Positions 22,201 through 31,800 of a stretch of 64,000 bases of DNA are shown here, piece by piece. Position 1 is the stretch's first letter. Each line of letters opens with the position of its first letter. The position numbers were made by a program, and so were the translations under genes. The notes under the pieces were generated by a model. It searched no databases and had not been told where the DNA came from. It saw nothing but the letters and a program-made list of their open reading frames with translations. The stretch comes from a virus: IMG/VR virus record IMGVR_UViG_3300047510_002172, positions 4,915 through 68,914 of that record; one strand, given 5' to 3'.

Positions 22201-23010
22201 ACCACTATACCCGCTATAACCAGAGTAGCCTGATAAGCCATCAATACCTGAATAACCAGAATAACCTGACCGGCCAGAATAACCAGAATAACCACTATAA
22301 CCTGAAACACCATCTACACCAGAGTAGCCAGAATAACCAGACTGACCCATGTAACCAGAGTAACCACTATAGCCTGATTCTCCTTTTCCGGAATAACCAC
22401 TATAACCTGAGTAACCAGAATAGCCGCTGGTTCCGCTGTAACCAGAATACCCGCTATACCCGGAAGCTCCATTAGTACCCGGTACGCCTCCACCTATTTC
22501 ATACCAAGACGTACCATCACTAATTAAAGTAAAGCTAGCATTAGTACTAACGGTTTTTGTGGTAACCATTCCATTAAGGTTACCGGTAAGATCTATACTA
22601 CTTATTCCTTTATTAACTAAAGTTAAAAATCTACCGCCATATGTGGTTGGATCTGGTAATTGAGCTGTGGTACTACCTGGTGTATCGAAAAACGCAACAG
22701 ACGTGTCCCCTAATGGAAAAGTACCAGAAGAAGTATATTGCTCAAGAGCATAAGCTAATGTTTGCGCGCTTAAACCAGATATCTGTATTGTATTAGTATT
22801 GTCTATGAAAATATTGTTTTCACTTGACCAATACCGAGTACCAGATACATCAGAAGTGACAATGTATCTATATGCATTATTACCAGAAGGTGCTCCTAAG
22901 TTAGGCTCAGCGTTGCTTTGCCCTAAAAACGCATAACGACTTGGATCAGAACTTAACGGAGGTGTTGTTTTTACCCGGCCACTTAAAAACTGTGGGGTAT
23001 AATTACTCAT
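16207..23010 (-). CDS. Giant Gly-Tyr-Ser collagen-like fibre protein with an internal C1q/TNF-like domain
   Basis: 2267 aa with about 1900 aa of (G-Y/F-S)n in two blocks. The blocks flank a globular domain at ~19925-20370 ('IPF...WWNATTKRLTPTVAGYYNV...VIYLNGTTDYIDF...FSAYLV'). Confidence 0.8.
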   Translation of the reverse strand: MSNYTPQFLSGRVKTTPPLSSDPSRYAFLGQSNAEPNLGAPSGNNAYRYIVTSDVSGTRYWSSENNIFIDNTNTIQISGLSAQTLAYALEQYTSSGTFPLGDTSVAFFDTPGSTTAQLPDPTTYGGRFLTLVNKGISSIDLTGNLNGMVTTKTVSTNASFTLISDGTSWYEIGGGVPGTNGASGYSGYSGYSGTSGYSGYSGYSGYSGKGESGYSGYSGYMGQSGYSGYSGVDGVSGYSGYSGYSGRSGYSGYSGIDGLSGYSGYSGYSGRSGYSGYSGQGSSGYSGYSGYSGISGFSGYSGYSGFGGVSGYSGYSGYSGTSGFSGYSGYSGQGSSGYSGYSGYSGISGFSGYSGYSGVGGVSGYSGYSGYSGVSGFSGYSGYSGQGSSGYSGYSGYSGRSGYSGYSGYSGTGGVSGYSGYSGYSGVSGFSGYSGYSGQGSSGYSGYSGYSGISGFSGYSGYSGTGGISGYSGYSGYSGVSGFSGYSGYSGTGTSGYSGYSGYSGVSGFSGYSGYSGRSGYSGYSGVGGTSGYSGYSGYSGISGFSGYSGYSGTGTSGYSGYSGYSGTTGGSGYSGYSGYSGTSGFSGYSGYSGTGSSGYSGYSGYSGYSGVSGFSGYSGYSGTGTSGYSGYSGYSGISGFSGYSGYSGTGGTSGYSGYSGYSGISGFSGYSGYSGTSGFSGYSGYSGYSGVGGASGYSGYSGYSGTSGFSGYSGYSGYSGVGGVSGYSGYSGYSGRSGYSGYSGYSGVGTSGYSGYSGYSGTSGFSGYSGYSGTGTSGYSGYSGYSGYSGISGFSGYSGYSGYSGVGTSGYSGYSGKGESGYSGYSGYSGTIGGSGYSGYSGYSGISGFSGYSGYSGTSGYSGYSGAVGFSGYSGYSGASNVLSPSDYLTVGTLSANYSIANGADTLIPFVAYHDTKNWWNATTKRLTPTVAGYYNVEISVWWATGAVNNNQYNTQVRKNNNTFAIYQDVINTSVGQSQGGSRVIYLNGTTDYIDFTVYSGNSANVDIQQGGTADSAGTHFSAYLVAYGQSGFSGYSGYSGTSGYSGYSGYSGRSGYSGYSGYSGYSGISGFSGYSGYSGYSGVGTSGYSGYSGAAGTGGTSGYSGYSGYSGVSGFSGYSGYSGYSGVGTSGYSGYSGYSGIGTSGYSGYSGYSGISGFSGYSGYSGYSGISGFSGYSGYSGAAGTGGTSGYSGYSGISGFSGYSGYSGYSGISGFSGYSGYSGYSGTGTSGYSGYSGYSGISGFSGYSGYSGYSGISGFSGYSGYSGATGGGGTSGYSGYSGASAIDGSSGYSGYSGYSGRSGYSGYSGYSGVGTSGYSGYSGIGTSGYSGYSGYSGISGFSGYSGYSGTGGTSGYSGYSGYSGTGGVSGYSGYSGYSGISGFSGYSGYSGYSGVGTSGYSGYSGYSGISGFSGYSGYSGYSGISGFSGYSGYSGATGTGGTSGYSGYSGYSGISGFSGYSGYSGYSGTGGLSGYSGYSGYSGVSGFSGYSGYSGYSGTGGISGYSGYSGYSGYSGRSGYSGYSGYSGIGTSGYSGYSGYSGLSGFSGYSGYSGTSGFSGYSGYSGIGTSGYSGYSGYSGISGFSGYSGYSGYSGIGTSGYSGYSGTGTSGYSGYSGVGGSSGYSGYSGYSGVSGFSGYSGYSGQGASGFSGYSGYSGYSGRSGYSGYSGYSGIGTSGYSGYSGYSGTGGVSGYSGYSGYSGVSGFSGYSGYSGQGTSGFSGYSGYSGYSGISGFSGYSGYSGYSGTGTSGYSGYSGYSGISGFSGYSGYSGYSGTGGLSGYSGYSGYSGTSGFSGYSGYSGVGGISGYSGYSGYSGVSGFSGYSGYSGVGTSGYSGYSGISGFSGYSGYSGRSGYSGYSGYSGIGTSGYSGYSGYSGTGGVSGYSGYSGYSGVSGFSGYSGYSGTGGTSGYSGYSGYSGISGFSGYSGYSGTGGISGYSGYSGYSGRSGYSGYSGTGGISGYSGYSGYSGISGFSGYSGYSGTGGTSGYSGYSGYSGVSGFSGYSGYSGTGGTSGYSGYSGYSGISGFSGYSGYSGTGGVSGYSGYSGYSGRSGYSGYSGYSGTGGISGYSGYSGYSGISGFSGYSGYSGTGGISGYSGYSGYSGRSGYSGYSGYSGTGGISGYSGYSGYSGISGFSGYSGYSGTGGISGYSGYSGYSGISGFSGYSGYSGTGGISGYSGYSGYSGRSGYSGYSGYSGTGGISGYSGYSGYSGTTGTTGISGYSGYSGYSGRSGYSGYSGYSGATGTFDGTTVPFDPIFLLMGG
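16265..22480 (-). repeat. Coding GYS/GFS tripeptide repeat with synonymously diversified 9-bp units, interrupted at ~19925-20370
   Basis: Visible 9-bp periodicity (accactata/accagaata/gcctgagta on the + strand). Confidence 0.95.
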
Positions 23011-23363
23011 TATTGCGTATTAAGAGCTTCTAGAACCGAAAAAGTAATGGTTATACCTGAAGCGCTACTATAAGCAAGTAGCTGATCGAATTCTTCTAGA
23101 ACTAGCTTACCAATAGTTAAGTTGACTGTGTCGTTACCTGGAACTTGAAAGTTTTTAACAATATCGAAGTACTCTTTACCGGTAACTGTATAATTATTAC
23201 CGGATAATCCTAAAGAAACTGTTAAAGTACTAGTAGTTGTGTTACTTGCTAAAGCTGTAAGAATGATAGCGGCGCGATCGAACGGAGCTTCATAATAAAC
23301 TGTAGGAGAGCTATCCAGTTTAGCGGATACTCTTCTAAAATAATTCAGTGGTGTTTGCGCCAT
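23010..23363 (-). CDS. Small virion structural protein (related in layout to 15861..16190)
   Basis: 'VYYEAP...AIILTALASN...VPGNDTVNL...KLVLEEFDQL...SVLE'. TAAGTA lies 7 nt upstream. Confidence 0.6.
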   Translation of the reverse strand: MAQTPLNYFRRVSAKLDSSPTVYYEAPFDRAAIILTALASNTTTSTLTVSLGLSGNNYTVTGKEYFDIVKNFQVPGNDTVNLTIGKLVLEEFDQLLAYSSASGITITFSVLEALNTQ

Positions 23364-23373
23364 AAAATAATAC

Positions 23374-24930
23374 TTATTCTAGAGCCAATGTTAGCGGAGT
23401 CACTAAAGCTAGAATTGATCGATTAAATGTTTCTCCTTCAATTACACCAGTTTGCTGTACAATAGTAAATTCTGGCCCTACTCTAAAGTTACCACTTTCA
23501 TTCGTACTTGTTACATATACAGCTCCTCCGGAAAGAGATACGGCTTCATTAGCAGTATTGGATTTACCACCTAAAGACGGAACTGCTGCTGAGAGTTGAA
23601 TACCAGATCCTACATATTCCATTGTATGGGAACTGGAAGTAATGGTACTACGTATATAAAAACGTACTAAACTACCAGCAGACAGGGTTTGCTGTACATT
23701 AGTAAGAGATTGGATTTCATAATGGTACGCGCTAACCGGGGACGCTGTAACCGATGCTACAGTTTGTAAGGTCCATAAAGTATTAGTAGGATCGTTTTCT
23801 ATTTCTAGAATTAATCCAAGATAAGGCTCAACAACTGGTGGATCATAAAACGGAAATGGCCTCGGAGTTACACCACTTACTGAAAGTATATCTGTACCAG
23901 GCACTGCATTTTGTACGAGTCTACCTGTTAATACTGGGGATAAAGATTTACCAGAAGCTACTAAGCCGTATGTACCGAAAGAACAATTCGAAGTATTAAT
24001 AGAACAAGTTCCGCCAGATTCAGCATAAACTCCAATAGTACAGCAAATTGTAAATGTACTAACAAGCTGAGCATAACCATCTTTAATAATATGTATGCCT
24101 AAACCACCTTGATTGAACTGAGTAAAAGAGTCCGTAACAAAACTTCTCAAATAACCAGCTGCTAAGGAACCATCTACTCTAATACCACAACCTGCATTAT
24201 AACCACTAACAGCTGAAGTAATAGAACTACAACCTTGTATGTAAGGACTAGTTACAATAAAAGGCCTGCTAGTTAAAGGTGTAACTAGACAGCCAGGTGT
24301 ATTAAATGCGATGGCGGTAAGAGCAGCAGCACTTAAATTAGGGAAAGCTGCAGCAGCTGATGGTTCTAAGTGATCTCTAAAAGTAAAGCCCCAAACGTAA
24401 ACACTATTTGTACACCAAAATATGTCGTAAAAAGGATTAACTGGGCGTATAGTAGTTCTTCTTAAATTATCTCCAATAACTGAACACGTCGGAGGTAAAT
24501 AGATTGGGTTTATTTCTGTATAATCTCCAGTTGATACAAAAATCGTATAGCGTGTCGGGGCATTTGCTGCAGCTATTGCAGCTGCTTTTTTAATTGTAAG
24601 TAAAGAATCAGAAATTGAACTTCCTGTATTGCTGTCACTACCGTCTTTAGAGACAAACAAACGATTTGTTTCAGAAGTAGCACCAGCAATAAATGGCACT
24701 AAATCACTGTCTGAAGTACCATCTCTATACCAATACTTGTACGGGGTACCTGCTATTAAAAGACGTACTTCTAATGACTTAAAACGTACTGCTGCTGGTA
24801 TAGAGGTATTTGCTGCTGCTTTTGCTGTTGTTTCATCTGCACCTTCATAAGGCCCAGACCAGGCATCAACAGGTACAGCATTAACTGGCTGTATTCCATA
24901 AGGTAATTGTAGTCCGGGTGTTAGTGCCAT
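23374..24930 (-). CDS. Virion structural protein with a pectin-lyase-like (beta-helix) region
   Basis: 'LFVSKDGSDSNTG...LTIKKAA...GDYTE.NP...GDNLR...SPYIQGC...DSFTQFN.GG.G...GYAQLVS.FT' resembles T4-like cyanophage-type structural proteins. Confidence 0.65.
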   Translation of the reverse strand: MALTPGLQLPYGIQPVNAVPVDAWSGPYEGADETTAKAAANTSIPAAVRFKSLEVRLLIAGTPYKYWYRDGTSDSDLVPFIAGATSETNRLFVSKDGSDSNTGSSISDSLLTIKKAAAIAAANAPTRYTIFVSTGDYTEINPIYLPPTCSVIGDNLRRTTIRPVNPFYDIFWCTNSVYVWGFTFRDHLEPSAAAAFPNLSAAALTAIAFNTPGCLVTPLTSRPFIVTSPYIQGCSSITSAVSGYNAGCGIRVDGSLAAGYLRSFVTDSFTQFNQGGLGIHIIKDGYAQLVSTFTICCTIGVYAESGGTCSINTSNCSFGTYGLVASGKSLSPVLTGRLVQNAVPGTDILSVSGVTPRPFPFYDPPVVEPYLGLILEIENDPTNTLWTLQTVASVTASPVSAYHYEIQSLTNVQQTLSAGSLVRFYIRSTITSSSHTMEYVGSGIQLSAAVPSLGGKSNTANEAVSLSGGAVYVTSTNESGNFRVGPEFTIVQQTGVIEGETFNRSILALVTPLTLALE

Positions 24931-24931
24931 A

Positions 24932-26275
24932 TTATGATCGTGTTACTTGATGTCTATGAGATGGAGAATAAGGCACGCTATTAGTCATGGTATAAATTTT
25001 ATAACTTACAGGAGTACCTAGATAATCATTTACATTAAAAGAAGATAAAATATAGTTAGAAGTAATGTTTACACTTAAAGCATCTAAATCTAAAACCTGT
25101 GTTAAAGTATTACTTGTAGGCATTGCTACAACAAAAATATTATATACAGTACCCGTGTTTAGAGTGAAAGGATTACTTAAACTAGACGTAAACCCACGGG
25201 AACTTAAAGCACGGACTGCAGCTGAGTTAGTGGGTTGAGCAGAAGCAGGGCCATAAAATATGAGATTATTAAAGTTTATAGTGGTCGACGCACTTACGCT
25301 TTGTCCAAGATAGTCTTGGTATGTATCGGTAACTAGTGCTCTATAAGCTATACTAGTAGAAGCACTCAGACTTTTATTATCGTGAGTAAAGCCACCTATA
25401 GCTGCAGTACCACCGTAACCCGTAAGAGATACAGATGTTAAAGATGTCCATGCTGACCAAGTACCAGTTAAAGCCCGAAATTGCAATGTATAATTAGTAA
25501 GGGACACTAATGGGCTATTACGCGTTACACTACCACTAATGATCGACCCGACATTGCCTTTTTCTCTTAAAGCATTAGTTTCAGGCGTATAAAGAGTTGA
25601 GAGCGCCACAACTGGTATATTAATAGATGGCGCTAAATATGGAGTTGGTGTAATATTAAGATAACCAGTACCTATACCACCGGCACTATCTGTAACAGTA
25701 TATCTATAATTAAAAGGTGCTGAATTAAAATTAGTATCAGTATAGACGTGAACAGCTGATGGTATAAGACCGGCTGAAAGTGTTGTCCAGCTACCTGTGT
25801 TATTTCTTCTCCACGATAAAAGACCGCTAGAAAGAGAAGGTACAGGAAATGAACTTGGGTTAATTGTATAGCTGGTAAAGATTTGATTACTAATAGCAGT
25901 TTGATTGAACTGTATAGTACTTGTAGAAGAAAGAGAGACTATTGGGCCGAGAGGTTCATTAGTTGCTAGTAGTATTACCTCATTAGGGGTTTTACCTGTT
26001 GCTGGTATTACATCTCCATTTACATAACGCCCGAAAGTCTTATCATTATTTAAAACAACTGTTATATCTTCAGTAAAAACTGCCCCAGCTCCTGAAAAAC
26101 CTGAAAATCCAGAATATCCGGAATACCCAGAATAGCCTGATCCTCCTTGCGCTCCAGAATAGCCTGATTCCCCTCGCGGGCCTGGATCTCCTTTTGCACC
26201 AGAATACCCAGAAAAAGCAAGTGCCCCTGCTTCAATCAGGTCCTTGATCATCGACTTGGAGACTTTGGTAATCAT
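24932..26275 (-). CDS. Fibre-associated structural protein with a short collagen/GYS segment and Ig-like beta domains
   Basis: 'GAKGDPGPRGESGYSG...' followed by Ser/Thr-rich beta domains. Confidence 0.6.
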   Translation of the reverse strand: MITKVSKSMIKDLIEAGALAFSGYSGAKGDPGPRGESGYSGAQGGSGYSGYSGYSGFSGFSGAGAVFTEDITVVLNNDKTFGRYVNGDVIPATGKTPNEVILLATNEPLGPIVSLSSTSTIQFNQTAISNQIFTSYTINPSSFPVPSLSSGLLSWRRNNTGSWTTLSAGLIPSAVHVYTDTNFNSAPFNYRYTVTDSAGGIGTGYLNITPTPYLAPSINIPVVALSTLYTPETNALREKGNVGSIISGSVTRNSPLVSLTNYTLQFRALTGTWSAWTSLTSVSLTGYGGTAAIGGFTHDNKSLSASTSIAYRALVTDTYQDYLGQSVSASTTINFNNLIFYGPASAQPTNSAAVRALSSRGFTSSLSNPFTLNTGTVYNIFVVAMPTSNTLTQVLDLDALSVNITSNYILSSFNVNDYLGTPVSYKIYTMTNSVPYSPSHRHQVTRS

Positions 26276-26353
26276 TAAGTTAAAATATCAGATTTAATAC
26301 TAAACCTGTATATATTTACACTTAGTTAACAGTATTAGGTATGCAAAAATACC

Positions 26354-27064
26354 TTAGTAAATTAATCCATCATTTCGTTTTCTATTACTATTATCAAACA
26401 TTTTTCTATTAGTAATAGTAGTGTTCTGTTCATGATCCGGCATATCATCATAAGCATACAGACCTTGGTGTGTTATGTTAAATATATCCGCTCTAACAAG
26501 GTAATCCGGAGCAGCGGTAATACCGTATTTAACACAATGTGCAATTAAGTTCTTAGCCATAGTAGGATCAACAGCATACGAATGAGTACGTAATAGAAAA
26601 TGGTAATTATTACCATCAGATCCATGTAAAGGTATTTTACCTAATGGCCAGCCTCGTTTAGCCCATTCTATACAGCCTAGATAAACTATCGAATTAAAGT
26701 GTTCGAATTGTTCGAACTTTTTAACCATAATAGCATCATGCTCTAATACTACTATTGGCTTATCTATTTTAGCACATTCTAACCAAAGACTAAAATGGCT
26801 TAAAGTACATGCAACTTCAGATTTAGTTTTATAATGATCTGTTACTTTAAGTATCTTAAAAATAGATTCATCTTTAAACCTTTCTGGAGTCTTTATACCC
26901 TCTCCGGTGCCATCGAAGGCATCCCAGACTTCATATTCCATGCCTACGTTTTTGCATGATTCTTGGCACCGAAGAGAGTACTTTTCTGACTTCTCGTTAC
27001 CTTTAATAGTAACAATATAAGCCTTTTCTACATTAGTTTGGTAAGAATAATTAAGATTTAGCAT
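26354..27064 (-). CDS. GT25-family glycosyltransferase
   Basis: 'AYIVTI...WDAFDG...EVACTLSHFSLW...IVVLEHDA...THSYAVDP..A...PD'. The likely start is ATG 27064 rather than the TTG at 27082. Confidence 0.8.
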   Translation of the reverse strand: MLNLNYSYQTNVEKAYIVTIKGNEKSEKYSLRCQESCKNVGMEYEVWDAFDGTGEGIKTPERFKDESIFKILKVTDHYKTKSEVACTLSHFSLWLECAKIDKPIVVLEHDAIMVKKFEQFEHFNSIVYLGCIEWAKRGWPLGKIPLHGSDGNNYHFLLRTHSYAVDPTMAKNLIAHCVKYGITAAPDYLVRADIFNITHQGLYAYDDMPDHEQNTTITNRKMFDNSNRKRNDGLIY

Positions 27065-28784
27065 CTTCTTCTCTAGCAGCAATTACAGCTTCCAAGTCCT
27101 TATGGTCATAACGACCAGCCTTATGTACTTGTATCAGTATTCTAGTTGCTAGAGCCACGTTGTTAAGGTGGTTAATAGAATAGTCCAGTTCTTCTTGAGT
27201 AATCTTACCCTGCTTCATTCTTGCTTCATAAGGAGCGGTATATTCAAACTGAATATCGCATACCTCAATATCAATATCATGTTCAAAACCGAGTAATGAT
27301 TCAGTATCTCCATTCTGTGCTTTCTGTATAAGATTTCTCTTATTAAACAGATGGAACATACCTACAGTAATAGCCCTCTTATGAGTGGGATCATCTAGAG
27401 CGGTATCACATCTCCAGTGCGGTACAACAATTTCCCAGATTGCGCCATTACCGCTGATTCTATACATTTCCTTTATAACTTTAATAAAGTCGTCTCCAGT
27501 AGTACCTAGATGCTCTAGAATATCTTTAGCTACAATGTGATCAAACTCGCTGTCTTTCCAGGGCCAAGGAAACTGCTCAAGGTCTACTACTTGATCTGGG
27601 TTTACTACTGCATACTTATCGACATTGAGGAAGTTCTTAAACTTCTTTAGACCACAACCAAGATTAATTCTCTTCTTTTCTCTGTCTTCATTAGGTAGAT
27701 CGATATGAGCAAGTTTATATTTTTCTTCTAGCTCTTTATAGATCTTCTGGAAAGGTTCATTCCACTTTTCAAAGATCTTCTGACGGAAAACTCTGACTGT
27801 CTTATAGTAGGGACTACTCTCACTATTCGGAGAGCCTGGTGTCCAGGTATGGTAAGGTAGTACTGGTACAAGTACCCATACTTCTTTACCCATAGCACCT
27901 GCAAGATGGGCAATACTCGTGCATGAAGTAATTACTAAGTCTAAGTTAGCAATTGCTCCCATAGTATCTTCCCACGAAATGAGAAGATGTTGTAGATCAG
28001 TAATACCTTCCGGTAGTTCAATAGTATTATGGTCTCTCTGTAAACTATAAACCTGTAGTTCTGGGTACTTTGCTAGGTTAGTAATGAAGTTTTCTGGAAA
28101 ACGCCGGAACTGTTGATGTTCAAACTTAGGATTACCAGCCCAACGTATACCGACTTTAATTTTATCTGACTTTATAATCGTCTTCCAGATGTCTACAGTT
28201 TCTGGTCTTGGGGTGAGATAAGGATCATTTGGAAACTTATCAAAAGTATGACCAGCGATCCAGCCAGCACTAAAACCAGGTATCCAGAAATCGTGTTGTA
28301 CAAGGTGGGTCTGGTTTCTTGCAATTACTTTATCTACTCCCTTAATACGAGAGAAAATAGATATCATTTCCGGTACAGTTGCAATATATACCTTTTCTGC
28401 CCCTAGTTCCTTATAGGTAGTAGCAAAACGAGAATGAATAATTTCATCTCCATACCCGCCTTCAAGGGAAATAATAATAGACTTACCCTTTAGAGTATGT
28501 GTTTCTGGGTTATAAATTGGAGCATCGGTTCTAAGAGGTGGAGAGCCATAAACATTCAAAAATCTTCCATGTTCTAGCAAGCGGCAACCGGCTTGGTAAT
28601 CTCCATCTTGAATAAGAAACCACCCTCTATTAAAGCAATGACGGAACCATATATCTTGAGTGGCTTTACCGTTCATATCTAACACTTTATCAGGGCCAAG
28701 CTTTTCTAATTTGTCTGAAATAGCCCGGGCTTCTTTGTTCTTACCTTCAATCTGAAGTTTTAACATTAAGTCAATGTCATGCAT
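27051..28784 (-). CDS. GT9-like (GT-B) glycosyltransferase fused to a class I SAM-dependent methyltransferase
   Basis: 'EGGYGDEI...RF', 'KVGIRWAGNP' and 'LDLVITSCTSIAHLAGAMGKEVWVL' (TPR/GT9-like). The C-terminus has 'INLGCG...NVD...PWPWKDSEFDHI...LEHL...DDPTH' (methyltransferase). Confidence 0.75.
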   Translation of the reverse strand: MHDIDLMLKLQIEGKNKEARAISDKLEKLGPDKVLDMNGKATQDIWFRHCFNRGWFLIQDGDYQAGCRLLEHGRFLNVYGSPPLRTDAPIYNPETHTLKGKSIIISLEGGYGDEIIHSRFATTYKELGAEKVYIATVPEMISIFSRIKGVDKVIARNQTHLVQHDFWIPGFSAGWIAGHTFDKFPNDPYLTPRPETVDIWKTIIKSDKIKVGIRWAGNPKFEHQQFRRFPENFITNLAKYPELQVYSLQRDHNTIELPEGITDLQHLLISWEDTMGAIANLDLVITSCTSIAHLAGAMGKEVWVLVPVLPYHTWTPGSPNSESSPYYKTVRVFRQKIFEKWNEPFQKIYKELEEKYKLAHIDLPNEDREKKRINLGCGLKKFKNFLNVDKYAVVNPDQVVDLEQFPWPWKDSEFDHIVAKDILEHLGTTGDDFIKVIKEMYRISGNGAIWEIVVPHWRCDTALDDPTHKRAITVGMFHLFNKRNLIQKAQNGDTESLLGFEHDIDIEVCDIQFEYTAPYEARMKQGKITQEELDYSINHLNNVALATRILIQVHKAGRYDHKDLEAVIAAREEDAKS

Positions 28785-28820
28785 ATAACTGTATTTAACA
28801 GACCTAAAAAGAAAAACAAC

Positions 28821-31800
28821 TTATTTTTTAATATATGCTACTACCCCGCCTTGGTTTTTATTAGCACCGGCATCATCAATATCCGCGGTAACAGCAGTCG
28901 GGGTATAATCGTATTCTACTATGTTTTGTACTGGTAAACGAGTACCCCAATTATATAGTACATTAGCATTATTTATAAGATAATTCTGAGATGCTCCTGC
29001 AGATACTTTTTTCCAAGTACCACCTATACCTATTTGAGTAGGAGACGGGTAAGAAGTTATATTGGGTAGTTCAGTCAGCCTTTTCAAATAAGTAAATGAT
29101 AAATCCATATTATTACTTTGTGTATTTGCTGTGGTAAAAAACAACTGGTCGCTATACGGGTACGGACCAGGACCAATCATAAAGATTTTTCCATCAAAAC
29201 GTTTGGCAATAAAATTAGAATAATACAATTGAGTCCAACTACTTGTGCCAATTTGTACCGGAGAAGATGTAGGAATAGTACTCCCGTTCCCAAAAAAAGG
29301 TAAAAAAACACTACCACTAGAGCCGAAGCCTCCACCCCATTGAAATAAGGCCCCGTCAGAACGTATAGCGGAAGTAATATTTCTATTGACAAGTACTTGT
29401 GTCCAACTACTAGTACCAATTTGCACTGGAAATATTTTGTTAATAGTTGTCCCGTCTCCAAGTTGGCCGTCAGCATTGTTTCCCCAACCAAATAATGCAC
29501 CATCTGAGCGTATTACAAAATAATTTCCTATCGAGCTACTCCCGGCTCCAACACTAAGCTGAGTCCAACTACTTGTACCTATTTGTACCGGAGAAGACCT
29601 TAAAACAACGCCGTCCCCTAAACCACCAGGCGCGCTGCCCCATGTGAACAATGCGCCATCAGAGCGAATAGCTCCTATTTGCTGGTAGGTACCAGCAACT
29701 TGAATCCAACTACTTGTACCAATTTGTACCGGGGAAGACCTATTAATAGTGGTATTGTCTCCGATCGCTCCGTAAAAGACAGCGCTAAATAAGTTATTAG
29801 TACCCCAGCCAAATAAAGAACCGCCTAACCGTATTGCATGCATCGTACCTGAAGGCCCTCCTGAACAAAGAGATATCCAGCTACTTGTGCCAATTTGCAC
29901 CGGAGAAGACTTATTAGTAGTGGTATTATCTCCAAGGTTTCCTTGAAATCCAGAACCCCAGCCGAATAAAGCTCCGTCAGAACGTATAGCAAAACCACAA
30001 TCCCCAGTAGCAATTACTTGACTCCAGCTACTTGTGCCAATTTGTACCGGAGAAGACTTAAATACTGTAGTTCCGTCTCCAAGTATGCCGTTTTGGCCGC
30101 TACCCCAAGCAAATAATGCCCCATCAGAACGTATTGCTAAACCTGTGCCATATGTATTAGTATATTGTACTTGAGTCCAACTATATGTATTAGTTCTATT
30201 ATATCCCCAAGCATATGCTCTGTTATTTATATCTACCCCTAATCCATTGTCGTAACCAGCACTTGCAAAGTTCCATGAGTTACCATCTACAAGTACCGGG
30301 CTTGTAATTAAACTACCAGTTAGTACCGGGGAGTTTCTAGAAGTAGTTGTACCATCTCCTATACTTCCAGCGGAATTAAGTTCATTTATTCCCCAAGCAA
30401 ACATTGCCCCATCATTACGTATTGCGAAAGGTGTATTTCCTTTACCGTATATTTCTCTCCAAGGATTTGCACCTAATTGTACCGGGGAAGATCTTGCTAA
30501 AGCGGTTCCATCTCCAGCAAGACCAAGAACACCTAAAAAGTTACTACCCCAACCAAATAATAAATTAGCACTAGTGATGCCGTACGTATTTCCTGAGCCG
30601 GCGGCTAGCATATACCAACTACTAGAACCAATTTGAATCGGTGAAGATTTATTAATAGTAGTATTATCTCCTAATTGACCTCCGCTATTACCACCCCACG
30701 TAAATAATGATCCATTAGAGCGTAAGGCTACTGTATGGGTAGCTCCCGCATAAACTTGAGACCAACTACTGGTACCAATTTGTGTTGGAGATTTAACTAC
30801 TGCGTAAGAACCTAACTGTACCGGAGAACTCTTTGTAACTACAGTACCGTCACCGGTTGCACCCTGCGCGTTTTCACCTTGACCGAATAATACATAATTT
30901 AAACGTATTTCATGCGCACTACTAACTTGTATCCAGCTACTTGTACCGATCTGTACTGGAGATGATTTATCTGTTGTAGTACTATCTCCTATTACACCAG
31001 CTGGACTATTATTACGGCCCCAAGCAAATAGAGAACCACCTGAACGTATAGCGCGATTATGATTAAAAAGGGCTCCTGTTGCTATTTGAGTCCAGCTACT
31101 TGTACCGATTTGTACTGGAGATGAGGTAGAGGAAAGAGAACCTAATAAGACCGGAGAGCTTCTTGAAATTAATGAAAATGTCGGTTGCAAAAAACCGACA
31201 TTACTACTATTGGTACTACCATCTACCACATTACCACCGGCCCAATAAATTAAATTATCACTTCTTAATATTTGTGTGCTATTTACCCCTGTAATAACTT
31301 GTGTCCAACTGCTTGTACCGATTTGTACCGCAGAAGATCTAGACACTGTAGTATTATCTCCTAGAGCACCACGGCCGCCATTTCCCCATGTAAATAATGC
31401 TCCATCAGTACGAATAGCAGCAGCATTATTATAACCCAAAGATGCGGCTTTACTAGCAGTACTCCATGGACCGTTATTACCAATTTGTACTGGGGATGAA
31501 CGAGATATAGTTGTAGTAAGTCCGAGTACATTATTACCTGCGCCCCAGCTCCATAGAGTTCCATCGCTTCTACGGGCGTACACTTGAACACTAGCAAAAC
31601 CACCATAATCATTCAACCCCTGTACCTGGGTCCAACTACTAGTACCGACTTGTATTGGAGAAGAAGTGTTAACAGTACTATTTTGTCCGAGCTGACCACC
31701 AGTTTCGTTACCGGACGGGCCGTAATTGCTACCCCAGGTAAATAAAGCACCATCAATGCGTATTGCAGCCCCGGCAGATGGCCCTGCAAGTACTTGAGAC

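Noticed and set aside
16207-23010. Ice-nucleation protein (InaZ-like) call for the GYS repeats
   Set aside because: It lacks the 8/16/48-residue AGYGST-type periodicity; the period here is 3.
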